A DNA stretch of 64,000 nt from an uncultured Nitrososphaerota archaeon (GTDB lineage Archaea; Thermoproteota; EX4484-205; JAAOZP01). Below the pieces are notes generated by a model. It was not told where the DNA came from and did not search any database. It was given only the letters and a program-made list of their open reading frames with translations. Made by a program: the position numbers and the translations under genes. Shown here piece after piece: positions 46,921-56,737 of the stretch. Each line of letters opens with the position of its first letter. Positions within the stretch are counted from its first letter, which is position 1. The stretch covers positions 1 through 64,000 of the forward strand of contig CAYQCW010000009.1 in the NCBI GenBank assembly GCA_964416155.1, read 5' to 3'.

Positions 46921-47730
46921 TTACATCCACCATCTTTTAAGAGCCTCAAGTAAATCGTTCTCCTCGATCTTAATCGTCCTAGTATCGATCTTTTTCACAC
47001 CCGACCTTTTGGATAACGCTTCGGCGGAACTCTTGTTTTCTTCCGTAAACTCGACCATCAACTCCACTGGCTTCCCCACTTTAAATGGCTTTATACTGCT
47101 CACCTTTGTCATCGCGTTTTTCGCACCCTCCTTGATCATCATCCTCGCCTTAACCGGCGTTACGCTTATCGCCGCCCCGTGACTTAACCCCTCTTTTACG
47201 GCTACTGTTTCCAACCCGGGTATTAGTGATTCCGCCTCTAGGCATGCTGCCTTATCTCCTGTGACTAAAACCAGTGGAACGTCGAAATACCCTGCTACGG
47301 CAGCAACTATCGCTATCTCGCCCACTTTAATCCCGTTTATCCAAACGTTTTGAATAGCGATATGACTCTCAGTGTGACTCAAGTGCGCATTCTCCACACC
47401 GGCCATAGCGTGCTGCCCGATTATGAAGGCCGCTTCAAAACCTTTCTCCAAGCCCCATGGTAGTAGAAGGGGCCTGCCTGCAAGAAGCTTAGCCTCGGGG
47501 TTTAACTCTTCTATGTTTATCCCGCCGGCTCCGTGGCCGTCTACTACGAGTACTTCCCTCACTCCCTGCTCTAACGCTCCTTCAATAGCAGCATTAACCT
47601 CTTGGGTCAAGAGTTTTCTCGAGAGATCGTACCATCTGCCCTTGGGACTAGAATGCTCGTCGAAGCTGAAAACCCCTGCAACTCCCTCAAGATCCGTCAT
47701 GATCCATAATTTCATCCTATTCTTCACCAT
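46921..47730 (-). CDS. M55-family D-aminopeptidase (DppA-like)
   Basis: DLEG, EVNAA..G, DGH, G.HA.A, SHT, GE, GD. Confidence 0.92.
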   Translation of the reverse strand: MVKNRMKLWIMTDLEGVAGVFSFDEHSSPKGRWYDLSRKLLTQEVNAAIEGALEQGVREVLVVDGHGAGGINIEELNPEAKLLAGRPLLLPWGLEKGFEAAFIIGQHAMAGVENAHLSHTESHIAIQNVWINGIKVGEIAIVAAVAGYFDVPLVLVTGDKAACLEAESLIPGLETVAVKEGLSHGAAISVTPVKARMMIKEGAKNAMTKVSSIKPFKVGKPVELMVEFTEENKSSAEALSKRSGVKKIDTRTIKIEENDLLEALKRWWM

Positions 47731-47825
47731 TTGCTAACAGCTGAGCGAAATAATTAACTTTTTACCAGATGTTTCTCGGATTAAGTATCTATCCTCGTTG
47801 AAGCCTGAAGCTTATACCCTGTGCC

Positions 47826-48881
47826 CTATAGGACGTTAGAGGTTTCACTCAGCCATTTAACCATAAATTCATATGATTTTCTTCCACTTATCTCGTGTCT
47901 CCCCTCGAAAAAGTCTGCGTCCAGTCTATCCTCAGCTTTCAGCAAGGCATAGGTCCTGCGTACTTGCTCATAGGCGTATTTCGTAGCCTCTATCGGGAAT
48001 ATCGGATCCTTAGAACCGCTTTCTACGAGCAAAGGCCTAGGTGCGATTAGAGCTGCTACATCATACATCTCGCCATACCTAAGTATTCCCGGCACATAGT
48101 TGTCTATGCAGTGGTCCATTGCCAGTATACTGCTTCTGAAAGTGTTCAGGTAACCGCTTATCACTACAACTCTGATCCTGTCGTCTAGTGCTACTGTGAA
48201 AAGCGTCGTTGTCCCGCCCCCAGATATTCCCATCATGCCTATCCTTGAATAGTCAACATCATCTCTAGTAAAAAGGTAATCCACCACCCTCATAGCATCC
48301 CATACTCTTCGACCTATAGTCGTCGTCCCCATCATCAACGCCCATAGGGAAAGCAGTTTACATGAGCTCTGCTCACTTCCCCTTTCAATATCTTCCTTAG
48401 TTCTGCGTTCTCCAAAACCACTTTGCTCCGGGACTATTACAAGCAGCCCACGTTTAACCAGTTCAAGTGCGAAATCCTTCTGGTAACCTTTAGATGAAGG
48501 ATTTACACGGTCGGTTCCATCCTCCCAAATGCCGACTAGGTCATTCTTGCCGTAACCGTGTCCATGCATAGCCACTACGGCGGGTAGGGGTTTACCACAC
48601 TCCTCCGGAACCAGGACGTATAGAGGTATTAGCGTATAGGGGTTGCTCCTCAGGATTACTTTTTCCCTAACATAGCCCGGGTAATGCTTCTCCTCCACTG
48701 TTTCTGAAGAAATCTCTGAGTATTCGAAAAAATCAAGCCCGATGAGTTCAGTAAGCTTCCTCCTGAAGCCTAGACGCCAAGACTTCCACTCTGAAATATC
48801 TTTAACATTGAAGGAGAAAATCCTATTATCTTTTTCATACTTTTCTAAAAATATTTTTAAAGGATCATAATCTGCCTTCAT
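47826..48881 (-). CDS. Alpha/beta hydrolase (carbohydrate esterase/dienelactone hydrolase-like)
   Basis: HGHG, FGER, GISGGG, HC..NY.PG, IAPRPL, D.IFP, H. Confidence 0.88.
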   Translation of the reverse strand: MKADYDPLKIFLEKYEKDNRIFSFNVKDISEWKSWRLGFRRKLTELIGLDFFEYSEISSETVEEKHYPGYVREKVILRSNPYTLIPLYVLVPEECGKPLPAVVAMHGHGYGKNDLVGIWEDGTDRVNPSSKGYQKDFALELVKRGLLVIVPEQSGFGERRTKEDIERGSEQSSCKLLSLWALMMGTTTIGRRVWDAMRVVDYLFTRDDVDYSRIGMMGISGGGTTTLFTVALDDRIRVVVISGYLNTFRSSILAMDHCIDNYVPGILRYGEMYDVAALIAPRPLLVESGSKDPIFPIEATKYAYEQVRRTYALLKAEDRLDADFFEGRHEISGRKSYEFMVKWLSETSNVL

Positions 48882-48976
48882 AGTTATGGAGGCTGCCTGC
48901 TGTTTAATAAATATTTTTGGGGGTGGAAGTCTGATCACGATCCTTTAAAAAATATAATGGGAGATTCGAATATTTT

Positions 48977-50464
48977 CTACTGAAGGATATCCCAAATAGG
49001 CTTTGAATGCTTTTCCCCTCCTAAGATTATCGGTGCTACGCCAGTTATTTCGCAGAAGTACTTCAATTCTTGAACACGGTCTCCAGCGACGGCATGAATA
49101 TGGTTGGCTGGAAACATTTCCACGAACTCTTCATAAGAGCATTTCAACCTGGCGTGTACGTGAGGCCACGTGGGGTCGGTTTCCTCGTTTATCCTCCGCC
49201 TCGTTTCCCAGTCGAGCTCTATGCTTTCACCCTTAACTATGATCATGTAAATCTTGTCGTTGAATAAGCCTAGTCTGGCGAAGGTTAGCTCACCTGGGCC
49301 GGCGTCGAACGAGACGGAGGCGCCTCCCGCCTTAAAGTAGAGTTCTAACGCAGGGTGGAGTGTAACCTTTCTCAGGTTATCCCTCGGGTTGAAACTTCTT
49401 GAAGCATACCAGCTTGCATGGTTACCCGAGTTGCAGAAATCCCACACGTTTAAGTCAGGATGGTAGAGCCGAACATCCATAAAGAGGACAGGCAACCCGC
49501 CGCTAACATACTTCAGTATCTGCATGGTTAATGCGGCGAAAGAATCTGCTTCAGTGGCGCAGACAGTCGGCTCCTTCAGCCCGTTCCAGTCATACGGGTC
49601 GTTAAGCAGCATTTCGGCGACGTCAGGTATCACCACGTGTTCGGAAAGCTCCCTCTGGCCCTTTATGCCGCAGAAGTCGAACCCCATCTCCTCGTTTATC
49701 CTCCTGACTGCAAGATACATTCTTACCTGCTTCCCGAGTGTTTCTCTCGTAAGCATTTTACCGTCGTACTTTATTTCCCCCATCATCTCCTCCATCCATC
49801 TCAAGCCTTCCTCCACATCCCGGTCATCTATCTCTTTCATTTTCTCAACTAGGAGCAGCTGGTCAACCTGGCTTACAGTGGTTCCGAAAAACCTCTGTAT
49901 TGGGACTAGGTGGAAAAAGCCTGTCTCCATTCCCATCGAATGCCCGCCGTACATGCCGTAAACCTCATTCCTAATGTTTGTTGCAGCCATTGCCGCCATA
50001 ACCCATTTCTTCACCTTCTCCTTAACCGCAGGGTCGTCAGGATCCCCGACAATCCTATGTGTCCTGAAACCCGCCTGCCTCAGCGCACCATCCGTAGCGA
50101 GCAGGCCAACGTTTCCCGGATACTTGCCCTCGTTGTTCGAAAGGCTGAGTATCGGCTTATCCTTCCCCAGAGTGTTAACGAAAGGCCAAACCAGGTATGG
50201 GAAATCCCAGACGTTGTAGACCAGAATTACCTGCCTAACCCCCTTGCTTAGAAATTCCTCTCCAACCCTTCTGGCGGAATTTATCGAGTTTATGAGTTCT
50301 GACGAAACTACGGTCTCCGGGGAACCACCGTCTGAAAACCTTATCGAATCCCTGATGAACCGGCTCCAGTTTTCAACAACCCTGTAACATTTCTCATAGT
50401 AGTTTGGGTAAACATGTTTCCGCTCGTCGAGAAGCATTGTCAAACCTATTTTAGTGCTCTTCAT
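48977..50464 (-). CDS. L-fucose/L-arabinose isomerase family protein
   Basis: GG.SMGM, GI..Q.EL, DW.G.K....ATEAD, DVR, NSG, T.PTWP, NH.H. Confidence 0.85.
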   Translation of the reverse strand: MKSTKIGLTMLLDERKHVYPNYYEKCYRVVENWSRFIRDSIRFSDGGSPETVVSSELINSINSARRVGEEFLSKGVRQVILVYNVWDFPYLVWPFVNTLGKDKPILSLSNNEGKYPGNVGLLATDGALRQAGFRTHRIVGDPDDPAVKEKVKKWVMAAMAATNIRNEVYGMYGGHSMGMETGFFHLVPIQRFFGTTVSQVDQLLLVEKMKEIDDRDVEEGLRWMEEMMGEIKYDGKMLTRETLGKQVRMYLAVRRINEEMGFDFCGIKGQRELSEHVVIPDVAEMLLNDPYDWNGLKEPTVCATEADSFAALTMQILKYVSGGLPVLFMDVRLYHPDLNVWDFCNSGNHASWYASRSFNPRDNLRKVTLHPALELYFKAGGASVSFDAGPGELTFARLGLFNDKIYMIIVKGESIELDWETRRRINEETDPTWPHVHARLKCSYEEFVEMFPANHIHAVAGDRVQELKYFCEITGVAPIILGGEKHSKPIWDILQ

Positions 50465-50570
50465 TTCCCATCGAACAGATTCAGCTTTCCGCTTCTATTA
50501 ACTTTTTCTGCTCGAGGCCGCAGGCACACGCCGTGGAACGACGGCTCAGGCGGGTTGGATGATAAACTTG

Positions 50571-51656
50571 CTATAGGCGTGTTTCACACTGTTCCCTTAA
50601 AAATTCATCCTCGAACAGCTTAAGCCTGAGCGGCAGTGGCTCCTGCCATCCTTTTTTGAAGGCAAAGCCCGCGGTAATCCAGAGCTCGCCGGGGCGACGC
50701 TCAAACACATAGGGGTAGCTTAACTGCCCGCCCCTCTGCCTTGCAATAACCACAGGCTTAGTCCAGTTTTCACCATCATCCTCTGAAAAGGCTATTGAGA
50801 GCTCCTCCCTGTGCCAGGACGTGGGTCTTTCTGAAGCCGGTCCTGGTTTAGCCTCATCCCATACTCTTCCCTCAGGGTTTAAACGGTTCCACACGAGGAC
50901 TAGACGGCTACTCCTCAGCCTCAGAAGGCATCCCGGGGAATTGCTGGCGTCTATCCGGCTGGGCTTAATGATCCGCCAGTATTCTCCCCCGTCCTCTGAG
51001 AAAGCCTGCCAGAAGCGGTCAAGAGTTGTTCTCATAAGCATGAGTAAGCGTCCGTCGCTCAACTCCGCTACAGTAGGCTCCATCGCTCCATCGTGGTGGC
51101 CATGTCCACCCAGGTCGATGAAGTTGCTCCTCCGCCATGTTTTCCCATCGTCATCTGAAACTAGGGAGCAGGCTACGAAGCGTCCGGGGTTTCTGGCTAA
51201 ATGTTCAACCGTGGCGACGATCCTGCCGCTCCTAGTCTGGATGAATCCGAAGAAATTAGCATTATAACCGTTTAAAAGCATCTGCTTGTCAACCCACGTC
51301 TTGCCACCGTCCTGGCTGCGGGCTGCCCAAATTTCAAGCCGGCAGTCGTCCCCAGGTTCGCTTTTTTCATCATCCCAGCTAAACCTGTAAGTTGTGAAAT
51401 CCAAGTAAACAGTTACAATAGTCCTGCTCCTCGTCTGCAGGATATAGTATGAGCCGGGTTCCTCGCTCTTTACCCCTGGAAGGATGGATAAAGGCGGAGA
51501 CCACGTTCTCCCCTCGTCCCTGCTTGTCTTTAACCCCTCATTATCCATAGTCATTAAAGTGTTGTCGTCGATGGTGTTAAAGGGGCCGTTTCTACTTGCT
51601 TCAAGCGGGTGGCAAAGCGGATGAACCCACCGCCCATTTCCAGAAGAACCGTTCAT
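50571..51656 (-). CDS. BNR/Asp-box sialidase-like beta-propeller
   Basis: Asp boxes S.D.G.TW (x3), SEDGGEYW, SEDDGENW; EP.V.EL.DG, SYP. Confidence 0.85.
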   Translation of the reverse strand: MNGSSGNGRWVHPLCHPLEASRNGPFNTIDDNTLMTMDNEGLKTSRDEGRTWSPPLSILPGVKSEEPGSYYILQTRSRTIVTVYLDFTTYRFSWDDEKSEPGDDCRLEIWAARSQDGGKTWVDKQMLLNGYNANFFGFIQTRSGRIVATVEHLARNPGRFVACSLVSDDDGKTWRRSNFIDLGGHGHHDGAMEPTVAELSDGRLLMLMRTTLDRFWQAFSEDGGEYWRIIKPSRIDASNSPGCLLRLRSSRLVLVWNRLNPEGRVWDEAKPGPASERPTSWHREELSIAFSEDDGENWTKPVVIARQRGGQLSYPYVFERRPGELWITAGFAFKKGWQEPLPLRLKLFEDEFLREQCETRL

Positions 51657-52852
51657 TCCCCGCTGCACTCTTCGAAGCGGATTGCTCTTCTCGGACATAT
51701 GGATAGGCAGAGGCCGCAGTTGTCGCATTTCTCCTGATCCGGTTCTGGAATGCTCGCAGCGTTTTCAGCGTTTAAAGCACCATAGGGGCAGACCCTAATG
51801 CAGACACCGCACTTGACGCATTCCTCAGCATCTATACACAGCCGGAATCGTTTTCTTCTTTCAAGCTTCTCTAAAGACACGATCCTACTTAAAGTGATCC
51901 CGGAGAAATCAGCTATGCTCCGAAAGCTTTTGCTGATCATCCATTTCTCGATGCCATCTATTATTTCCGGAATGATCTTTAACCCGTTTATCATGATTGC
52001 CGTGCAGATTTGAACCGCTGACGCGCCTACGAGAATATGCTGCACAGCGTCCTCCCATTTTGAAACTCCGCCGGAGCCTATTATTGGTACGCCCAGCTTC
52101 TCCATAGCTATGTGTGCAGTCCAGCCGACGCTGACGGGTGTTTGCCAAGGCCCACCGTATCCTCCGAAGCCCCCCCAGGCGGCTGGCTGCATGGTCTCCA
52201 GGTCGACGATTAAGCCTTGAAACCTGGCTGTTGAAACAAGAGCGCTTACTCCTGAGGAAACCATGATCCTCGCTAATTCAACCGGGTTCGCACCCTGGGG
52301 TGTCAACTTGCCTATTATGGGTAGTGACGTGGCTCGCCTAACCGTCTTGACTACTTCTGAAACCTTCTCGGGGCTGGAGGATACGGCTCTCCCCATTAAC
52401 CCTTCCTTCTCCAAATGTGGACATGAAAGGTTGAGCTCAACCATGTCTGCACCGGCTTCCTCAACAAGCCTGGCCAGTTTCTCCCATTCCTCAAACGTTC
52501 TGCCAGCAATGCTAGCTATTATCACGCCCCTATAAGCCTTACCCTCTTTCTTTGCTTCCCTGATTTGCCTGAGCCAGAGTTCAGGTCTATACTCTGACAT
52601 CAGGTCTATAGAGTAGAAAGAGTAAAACCTGTTTCTTAAAGCATCCGCTGGGTTGACTACGAGCATTCTCGGCTTAGGCTGAACCTGCTGCATCACGTCG
52701 TAAGTTATGGTTTTAGTAACGGCTCCCGCGGCACCAGCCCTTATACATTTTAAAACGTGTTCTGAGGAAAGAGTAGGAGGCCCGGAGGCCACTATCAGAG
52801 GGTTCTTAAACTCCACCCCGGATATGTTGACGGACAGGTCTATTTCAACCAT
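51653..52852 (-). CDS. Dihydroorotate/dihydropyrimidine dehydrogenase (PreA)-like flavoprotein with 2x[4Fe-4S]
   Basis: NP...ASGP, KT, ELNLSCPH, KLTP, GSGGV, GAS.VQ; two CxxCxxCxxxCP. Confidence 0.85.
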   Translation of the reverse strand: MVEIDLSVNISGVEFKNPLIVASGPPTLSSEHVLKCIRAGAAGAVTKTITYDVMQQVQPKPRMLVVNPADALRNRFYSFYSIDLMSEYRPELWLRQIREAKKEGKAYRGVIIASIAGRTFEEWEKLARLVEEAGADMVELNLSCPHLEKEGLMGRAVSSSPEKVSEVVKTVRRATSLPIIGKLTPQGANPVELARIMVSSGVSALVSTARFQGLIVDLETMQPAAWGGFGGYGGPWQTPVSVGWTAHIAMEKLGVPIIGSGGVSKWEDAVQHILVGASAVQICTAIMINGLKIIPEIIDGIEKWMISKSFRSIADFSGITLSRIVSLEKLERRKRFRLCIDAEECVKCGVCIRVCPYGALNAENAASIPEPDQEKCDNCGLCLSICPRRAIRFEECSGE

Positions 52853-52856
52853 TTCC

Positions 52857-53792
52857 CTAGAGTAGCTTCAGGCTTTTCAAAGCCTGCTTTATGGCTTCCT
52901 TCTCCTTCTCTGACACTGGCTGCAAAGGCGGTCTAACGTACGATGTTTTCAACACTCCCATCATTACAAGAGCCTCCTTGAGACGCACCCTGTAGTCTCT
53001 AACTGGCTGTGCGAAAATCGCTTCCTCCAAGGGTATAAGCTCCTCCCATATTTCCCTAGCCTCGGTCAGCCTGCCTTTAGCAAACAAGTTGAACATTTCA
53101 ACCTGCTGTTCCACGGCTATTGTCCCGAAGCCCAGTAACCCGCCTTCCGCGCCAAGCACCAGGGACTCGTATATGAAGTTATCATTCCCCGTGAGGATCA
53201 TTATCTTCCTGCCTGCTTTCTTCAAAGTGTGAGCGACGTTAACGAATTTCCTAGCATCGAAGGAAGCCTCCTTAATCGCTATAACGTTCTTAATACTGGC
53301 GAGTCTTAACAGTGTTTCAGGCGTGAAGTCTACGCCGCCTAAAGCTTGTTGAAGCTGGAACAGGATCATTGGTAAACCGACTTTCTCAGATATCTCGGAG
53401 TGATAGTTGTAGATTACGCTGTCGTTCGGCTCGCCCGCGAACGCTGGATGCGGGAAAACGAGCAGTCCGTCTGCACCCGCCTCCTTAGCTTCCAACCCGA
53501 GTCTCACCGCCTCCATAGTGTTTCTGGCATGTAGCCCGGCGATTACAGGTATCCTTCCAGCTACAATCTTAGAGAAGACTTTCAGAATGTTTACCCGCTC
53601 CTCAGGGTAAAGGTGAGGCCCCTCGCCCGTGTCAACGTTGACCGCAACCCCCCCGACGCCGTGTTTCACCAGCCACCTTACGTAATCTTCAAGCTGCTCA
53701 TAGTCAACCTCGAAATCCTTCGTCATAGGTGTTAGAGTCGCTGGGATCAGACAGTAGTTTCTCAAAGGGTTCTGAGCCTGAATCCTAGTCAT
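52857..53792 (-). CDS. DHDPS/NanA-family class I aldolase or dehydratase
   Basis: TP, TGEG..L..EER, P.IAG, GAD, AIKEAS (Schiff-base Lys), G.D. Confidence 0.88.
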   Translation of the reverse strand: MTRIQAQNPLRNYCLIPATLTPMTKDFEVDYEQLEDYVRWLVKHGVGGVAVNVDTGEGPHLYPEERVNILKVFSKIVAGRIPVIAGLHARNTMEAVRLGLEAKEAGADGLLVFPHPAFAGEPNDSVIYNYHSEISEKVGLPMILFQLQQALGGVDFTPETLLRLASIKNVIAIKEASFDARKFVNVAHTLKKAGRKIMILTGNDNFIYESLVLGAEGGLLGFGTIAVEQQVEMFNLFAKGRLTEAREIWEELIPLEEAIFAQPVRDYRVRLKEALVMMGVLKTSYVRPPLQPVSEKEKEAIKQALKSLKLL

Positions 53793-53893
53793 GACGAGGG
53801 ACGGGTAACAAGCCATATTAAACATTTTCTAGTCGTAAACATGCTTTTTAAAGCAACCGCATAACGCTGCGTTGACGGTTCCTCGCGTATTGC

Positions 53894-55027
53894 TTAAGAG
53901 ATTCCAAGCTTCTCGTTTATTTCTTTCTGATATTCTTCAATCCGGAGTTCCTCCACGTCTCTGATGCTAACGGGGTTTTTAAGAAAGACCGATTCGTAAA
54001 ATCCTAAGGGTATTGCCATATCCCTGTAGGCCTCGAGGCCATCAACCTCCGGGGGCCGATGGTTCACAACAGAGTCGTAAAAATCGTAGAGTTCCGTGGC
54101 AACAGTGTCAGTAATACCCTTCGGGAACCATTTTGCTTTTTCTTCAGGCCGGAGGCTTTCAAACATTCTACTTACAAGCGTGTTCATGCTTTGGGTTTCA
54201 ATCAAGTTTTCTCTCTGGATGAAAAGACCATCGTTTCCCACCGCACCTTTAGAACCATATATCATCCTTAGGTTTATAGCCTTTCCTGGAGCCACTCTTG
54301 TCCATAGCCATTGCGCATAAACCTCTCCATCGTAGATGACTATGGCCATCGTCATGTCATCAACAGTAACTTTAACCCCCTCTCGAACGGGTTCAAAGGT
54401 CTTTTGGACAGCATATACTTCTACTGCTTCTTTTCTAATCTGGTACCTATCTATATCTGCTAGGTGGACTCCGCCGTCGAAAACCCAGCTTCCCCCTGCA
54501 GCATACTTATCCTCCCTCCAGCCCCAGGCCCCGGGGTTCCACCCAGCAGAGGACCAGACGATCATCCTCGGCTCACCTATCAATCCCTGCTCCAGAGCCC
54601 AGCGAATCGCCCTGTTCTCAGGGCTCCGCCTATAGTTCTCGGCAACAGCAAGCACCCTATTATTCTTTCTCGCTTTCTCCAAGATAATCCTCGCAGCCCT
54701 CATTGTTATTCCCAGTGGCTTCTCTATGATGACGTCCAGCCCTTGTTCAAGACAGATGTTTGCCACCGTGTGGTGCACGTTGTGAGGCAGAGCTATGTCT
54801 ACAGCGTCGAGGCTTTCGTGTCTTAACATTTCTTCAACATTCGTGTAAACCCTTGGCTCCGAGTCTTGGAACTCTGCAACCAGCTTAGCCTTCTCTTTTG
54901 CGAAAGACTCCTTAACGTCGCAAACAGCCTTCACTTCAAAAACCCTTAGCCCTCTCGAATGCAACTGTCTAAGCCCGTTTACGTGTGCCCCCATCATGCC
55001 TCCACAACCAATTAAAGAAATGTTCAT
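53894..55027 (-). CDS. Gfo/Idh/MocA oxidoreductase
   Basis: IGCG, DAV.I..PH..H, EKP, AENYR, GG...D.G.H..D. Confidence 0.92.
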   Translation of the reverse strand: MNISLIGCGGMMGAHVNGLRQLHSRGLRVFEVKAVCDVKESFAKEKAKLVAEFQDSEPRVYTNVEEMLRHESLDAVDIALPHNVHHTVANICLEQGLDVIIEKPLGITMRAARIILEKARKNNRVLAVAENYRRSPENRAIRWALEQGLIGEPRMIVWSSAGWNPGAWGWREDKYAAGGSWVFDGGVHLADIDRYQIRKEAVEVYAVQKTFEPVREGVKVTVDDMTMAIVIYDGEVYAQWLWTRVAPGKAINLRMIYGSKGAVGNDGLFIQRENLIETQSMNTLVSRMFESLRPEEKAKWFPKGITDTVATELYDFYDSVVNHRPPEVDGLEAYRDMAIPLGFYESVFLKNPVSIRDVEELRIEEYQKEINEKLGIS

Positions 55028-55226
55028 TTTCTCCAACTTATTGCACCGTTGAGGGGGCTTCAAACAAGTATAAAAATCTTACATTTTCAAAGATTGCAAA
55101 CCTTTCCGTTGACCTCCATCTGAAACTCGTAGGGCTTGAACCGACTTTTTTAGAGATGCCTGGAAACGCTAGGCCCTCTAAGCGAAAGATTTATCAAGAA
55201 GAAGCTTATGCCAGCCTTGAAGAAAC

Positions 55227-55874
55227 ATGTCTGAGGTAGGTCTACTTGCGAGACTTAAGGATGCTATAGTTAACCTGGATTTCGACGGCTCTAAGAGTCT
55301 AGCGCAGGAGGCTGTTGCGAAAGGGATACCGCCCAACGAGATCATCACTAAAGCAATAAGCTTAGCCATGGAGGAGGTTGGGAGAAAGTTCGAAGCGTCA
55401 GAATACTTTCTGTCAGAGCTGATAGTTTCAGGTGAAATAGGCAAGGAAATATCTCAAATGTTGCAGCCGTACATGAAGGGCTCGGAAATTAAGAAGATAG
55501 GCAAGGTTGTAATAGGGACCGTTAAGGGGGATCTTCACGACATCGGGAAGAATATTTTCGGAATGATGCTTGAAGCAGCGGGATTCGAAGTCATAGACCT
55601 TGGTAACGATGTTCCGGCTGAAGCTTTCGTAGAGGCTGTGAAGAACCATAAGCCTGACATCGTCGGCATGTCGGCTCTCCTTACTGTTACGATGGTTGAG
55701 ATGGAGAACGTGATAAAAGAGCTTAAGAAAGCCGGGTTACGGGAAAAGGTTAAAGTAATAATAGGCGGGGCTCCGATAACAGAGGAGTATGCTAAGAGGA
55801 TAGGTGCCGACGGCTATGGTAAGGATGCTGTAGTCGGGGTAGGTATTTGCAAGACTTGGGTAGGCAAGAAGTAA
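55227..55874 (+). CDS. Methyltransferase cognate corrinoid protein (MtaC/MttC family)
   Basis: B12 cap F...EYFL.EL; GTV.GDLHDIGKN, DLG.DV, SALL, GGAP. Confidence 0.95.
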   Translation: MSEVGLLARLKDAIVNLDFDGSKSLAQEAVAKGIPPNEIITKAISLAMEEVGRKFEASEYFLSELIVSGEIGKEISQMLQPYMKGSEIKKIGKVVIGTVKGDLHDIGKNIFGMMLEAAGFEVIDLGNDVPAEAFVEAVKNHKPDIVGMSALLTVTMVEMENVIKELKKAGLREKVKVIIGGAPITEEYAKRIGADGYGKDAVVGVGICKTWVGKK

Positions 55875-55911
55875 AAAAGTAAGGGCTGTTAAATCAGAGG
55901 ACAAGCGTAAT

Positions 55912-56737
55912 TAGACAGGATATTGAAGGGATAGTCTTTTCGGGCCTATTGGCATCTTGGACATGAGCTTTCTTTGGAAGGATATTGTTAACATTGCGAG
56001 GAGAAACAACTGTATAGCGGGTGGGGATACTGCTTGCACTATTGCAAACACCGCGATGAAGCTTGCAGGCGGTGTGAAATCAATGTCACTGCCTCACACG
56101 CTTGCTGCAATAGTGAGAGCCATGTCGGCAGCCAGGTCTCTCGTCGCTTATGAACAAGGGGCAACAGGCCCAGGGAAGGACTGCGATATGAAAACGTGAT
56201 TCTGAAAGCAGTAACCGAGTTCCCAATGTCGATGGAGGGTGAGAGTAGTGCTTGCGCGCACTCTAGTCTATGGGGAATATTGCTTCCGCATGCTGCGATC
56301 TTTGGTCGAACGAGCAGGTTGAAAACCTCAGGCTTTTCAGAGGGTCAGCGCCACAGGTTTTTCTAGAAATACTATACTACGATTGCAAGCTGATGAATAA
56401 AGCGATAATGCCTGGTAAAACTTTGGAGCTCAGAGATATGCTTGACCTATCGGATAAGTTTAACGACCCTCGAGCCCTGGTTCTCTCTCCCGATATAGCT
56501 ATCGAGATTGCAAACGCGATAGTTTCCGAGCATGGTGATTATTATAGAATAGTTACGTCTGCATGTGAAAAATGGTTGAGCTGCTTGAGGGTTCGCCCTC
56601 CCGAGGCCTGCTTCCTATCAAGCGTTAAGAAGACTATTAGTTCTCTTCCGGATGAGGTGGAAACATTCAGAGAACAGATGTGTAAGACTTTTACTGGGAA
56701 GGTGCCGACCTTCAGAAAGAAGGATTACTGGCCTTAA
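55912..56737 (+). pseudogene. mtaB: Methanol:corrinoid methyltransferase pseudogene (5'-truncated, frameshifted)
   Basis: DM.FLW..IV, GGDTAC..ANTAM, R.LVAYE.GA.GP.KDC / YENVI.KA.T..PM.MEG.S.ACAHS / GN.....CDLWSNE, YDC.LMN; single-base losses near 56186 and 56269; N-terminal part absent. Confidence 0.9.

Noticed and set aside
53855-53880. Short hairpins (53855-53880, about 50527-50545, about 63514-63528) as terminators
   Set aside because: Short stems without clear U-tracts; not distinguishable from chance
55912-56737. Programmed recoding (pyrrolysine or frameshifting) in mtaB
   Set aside because: Lesions are frameshifts plus a 5' truncation, with no in-frame amber codon or slippery site
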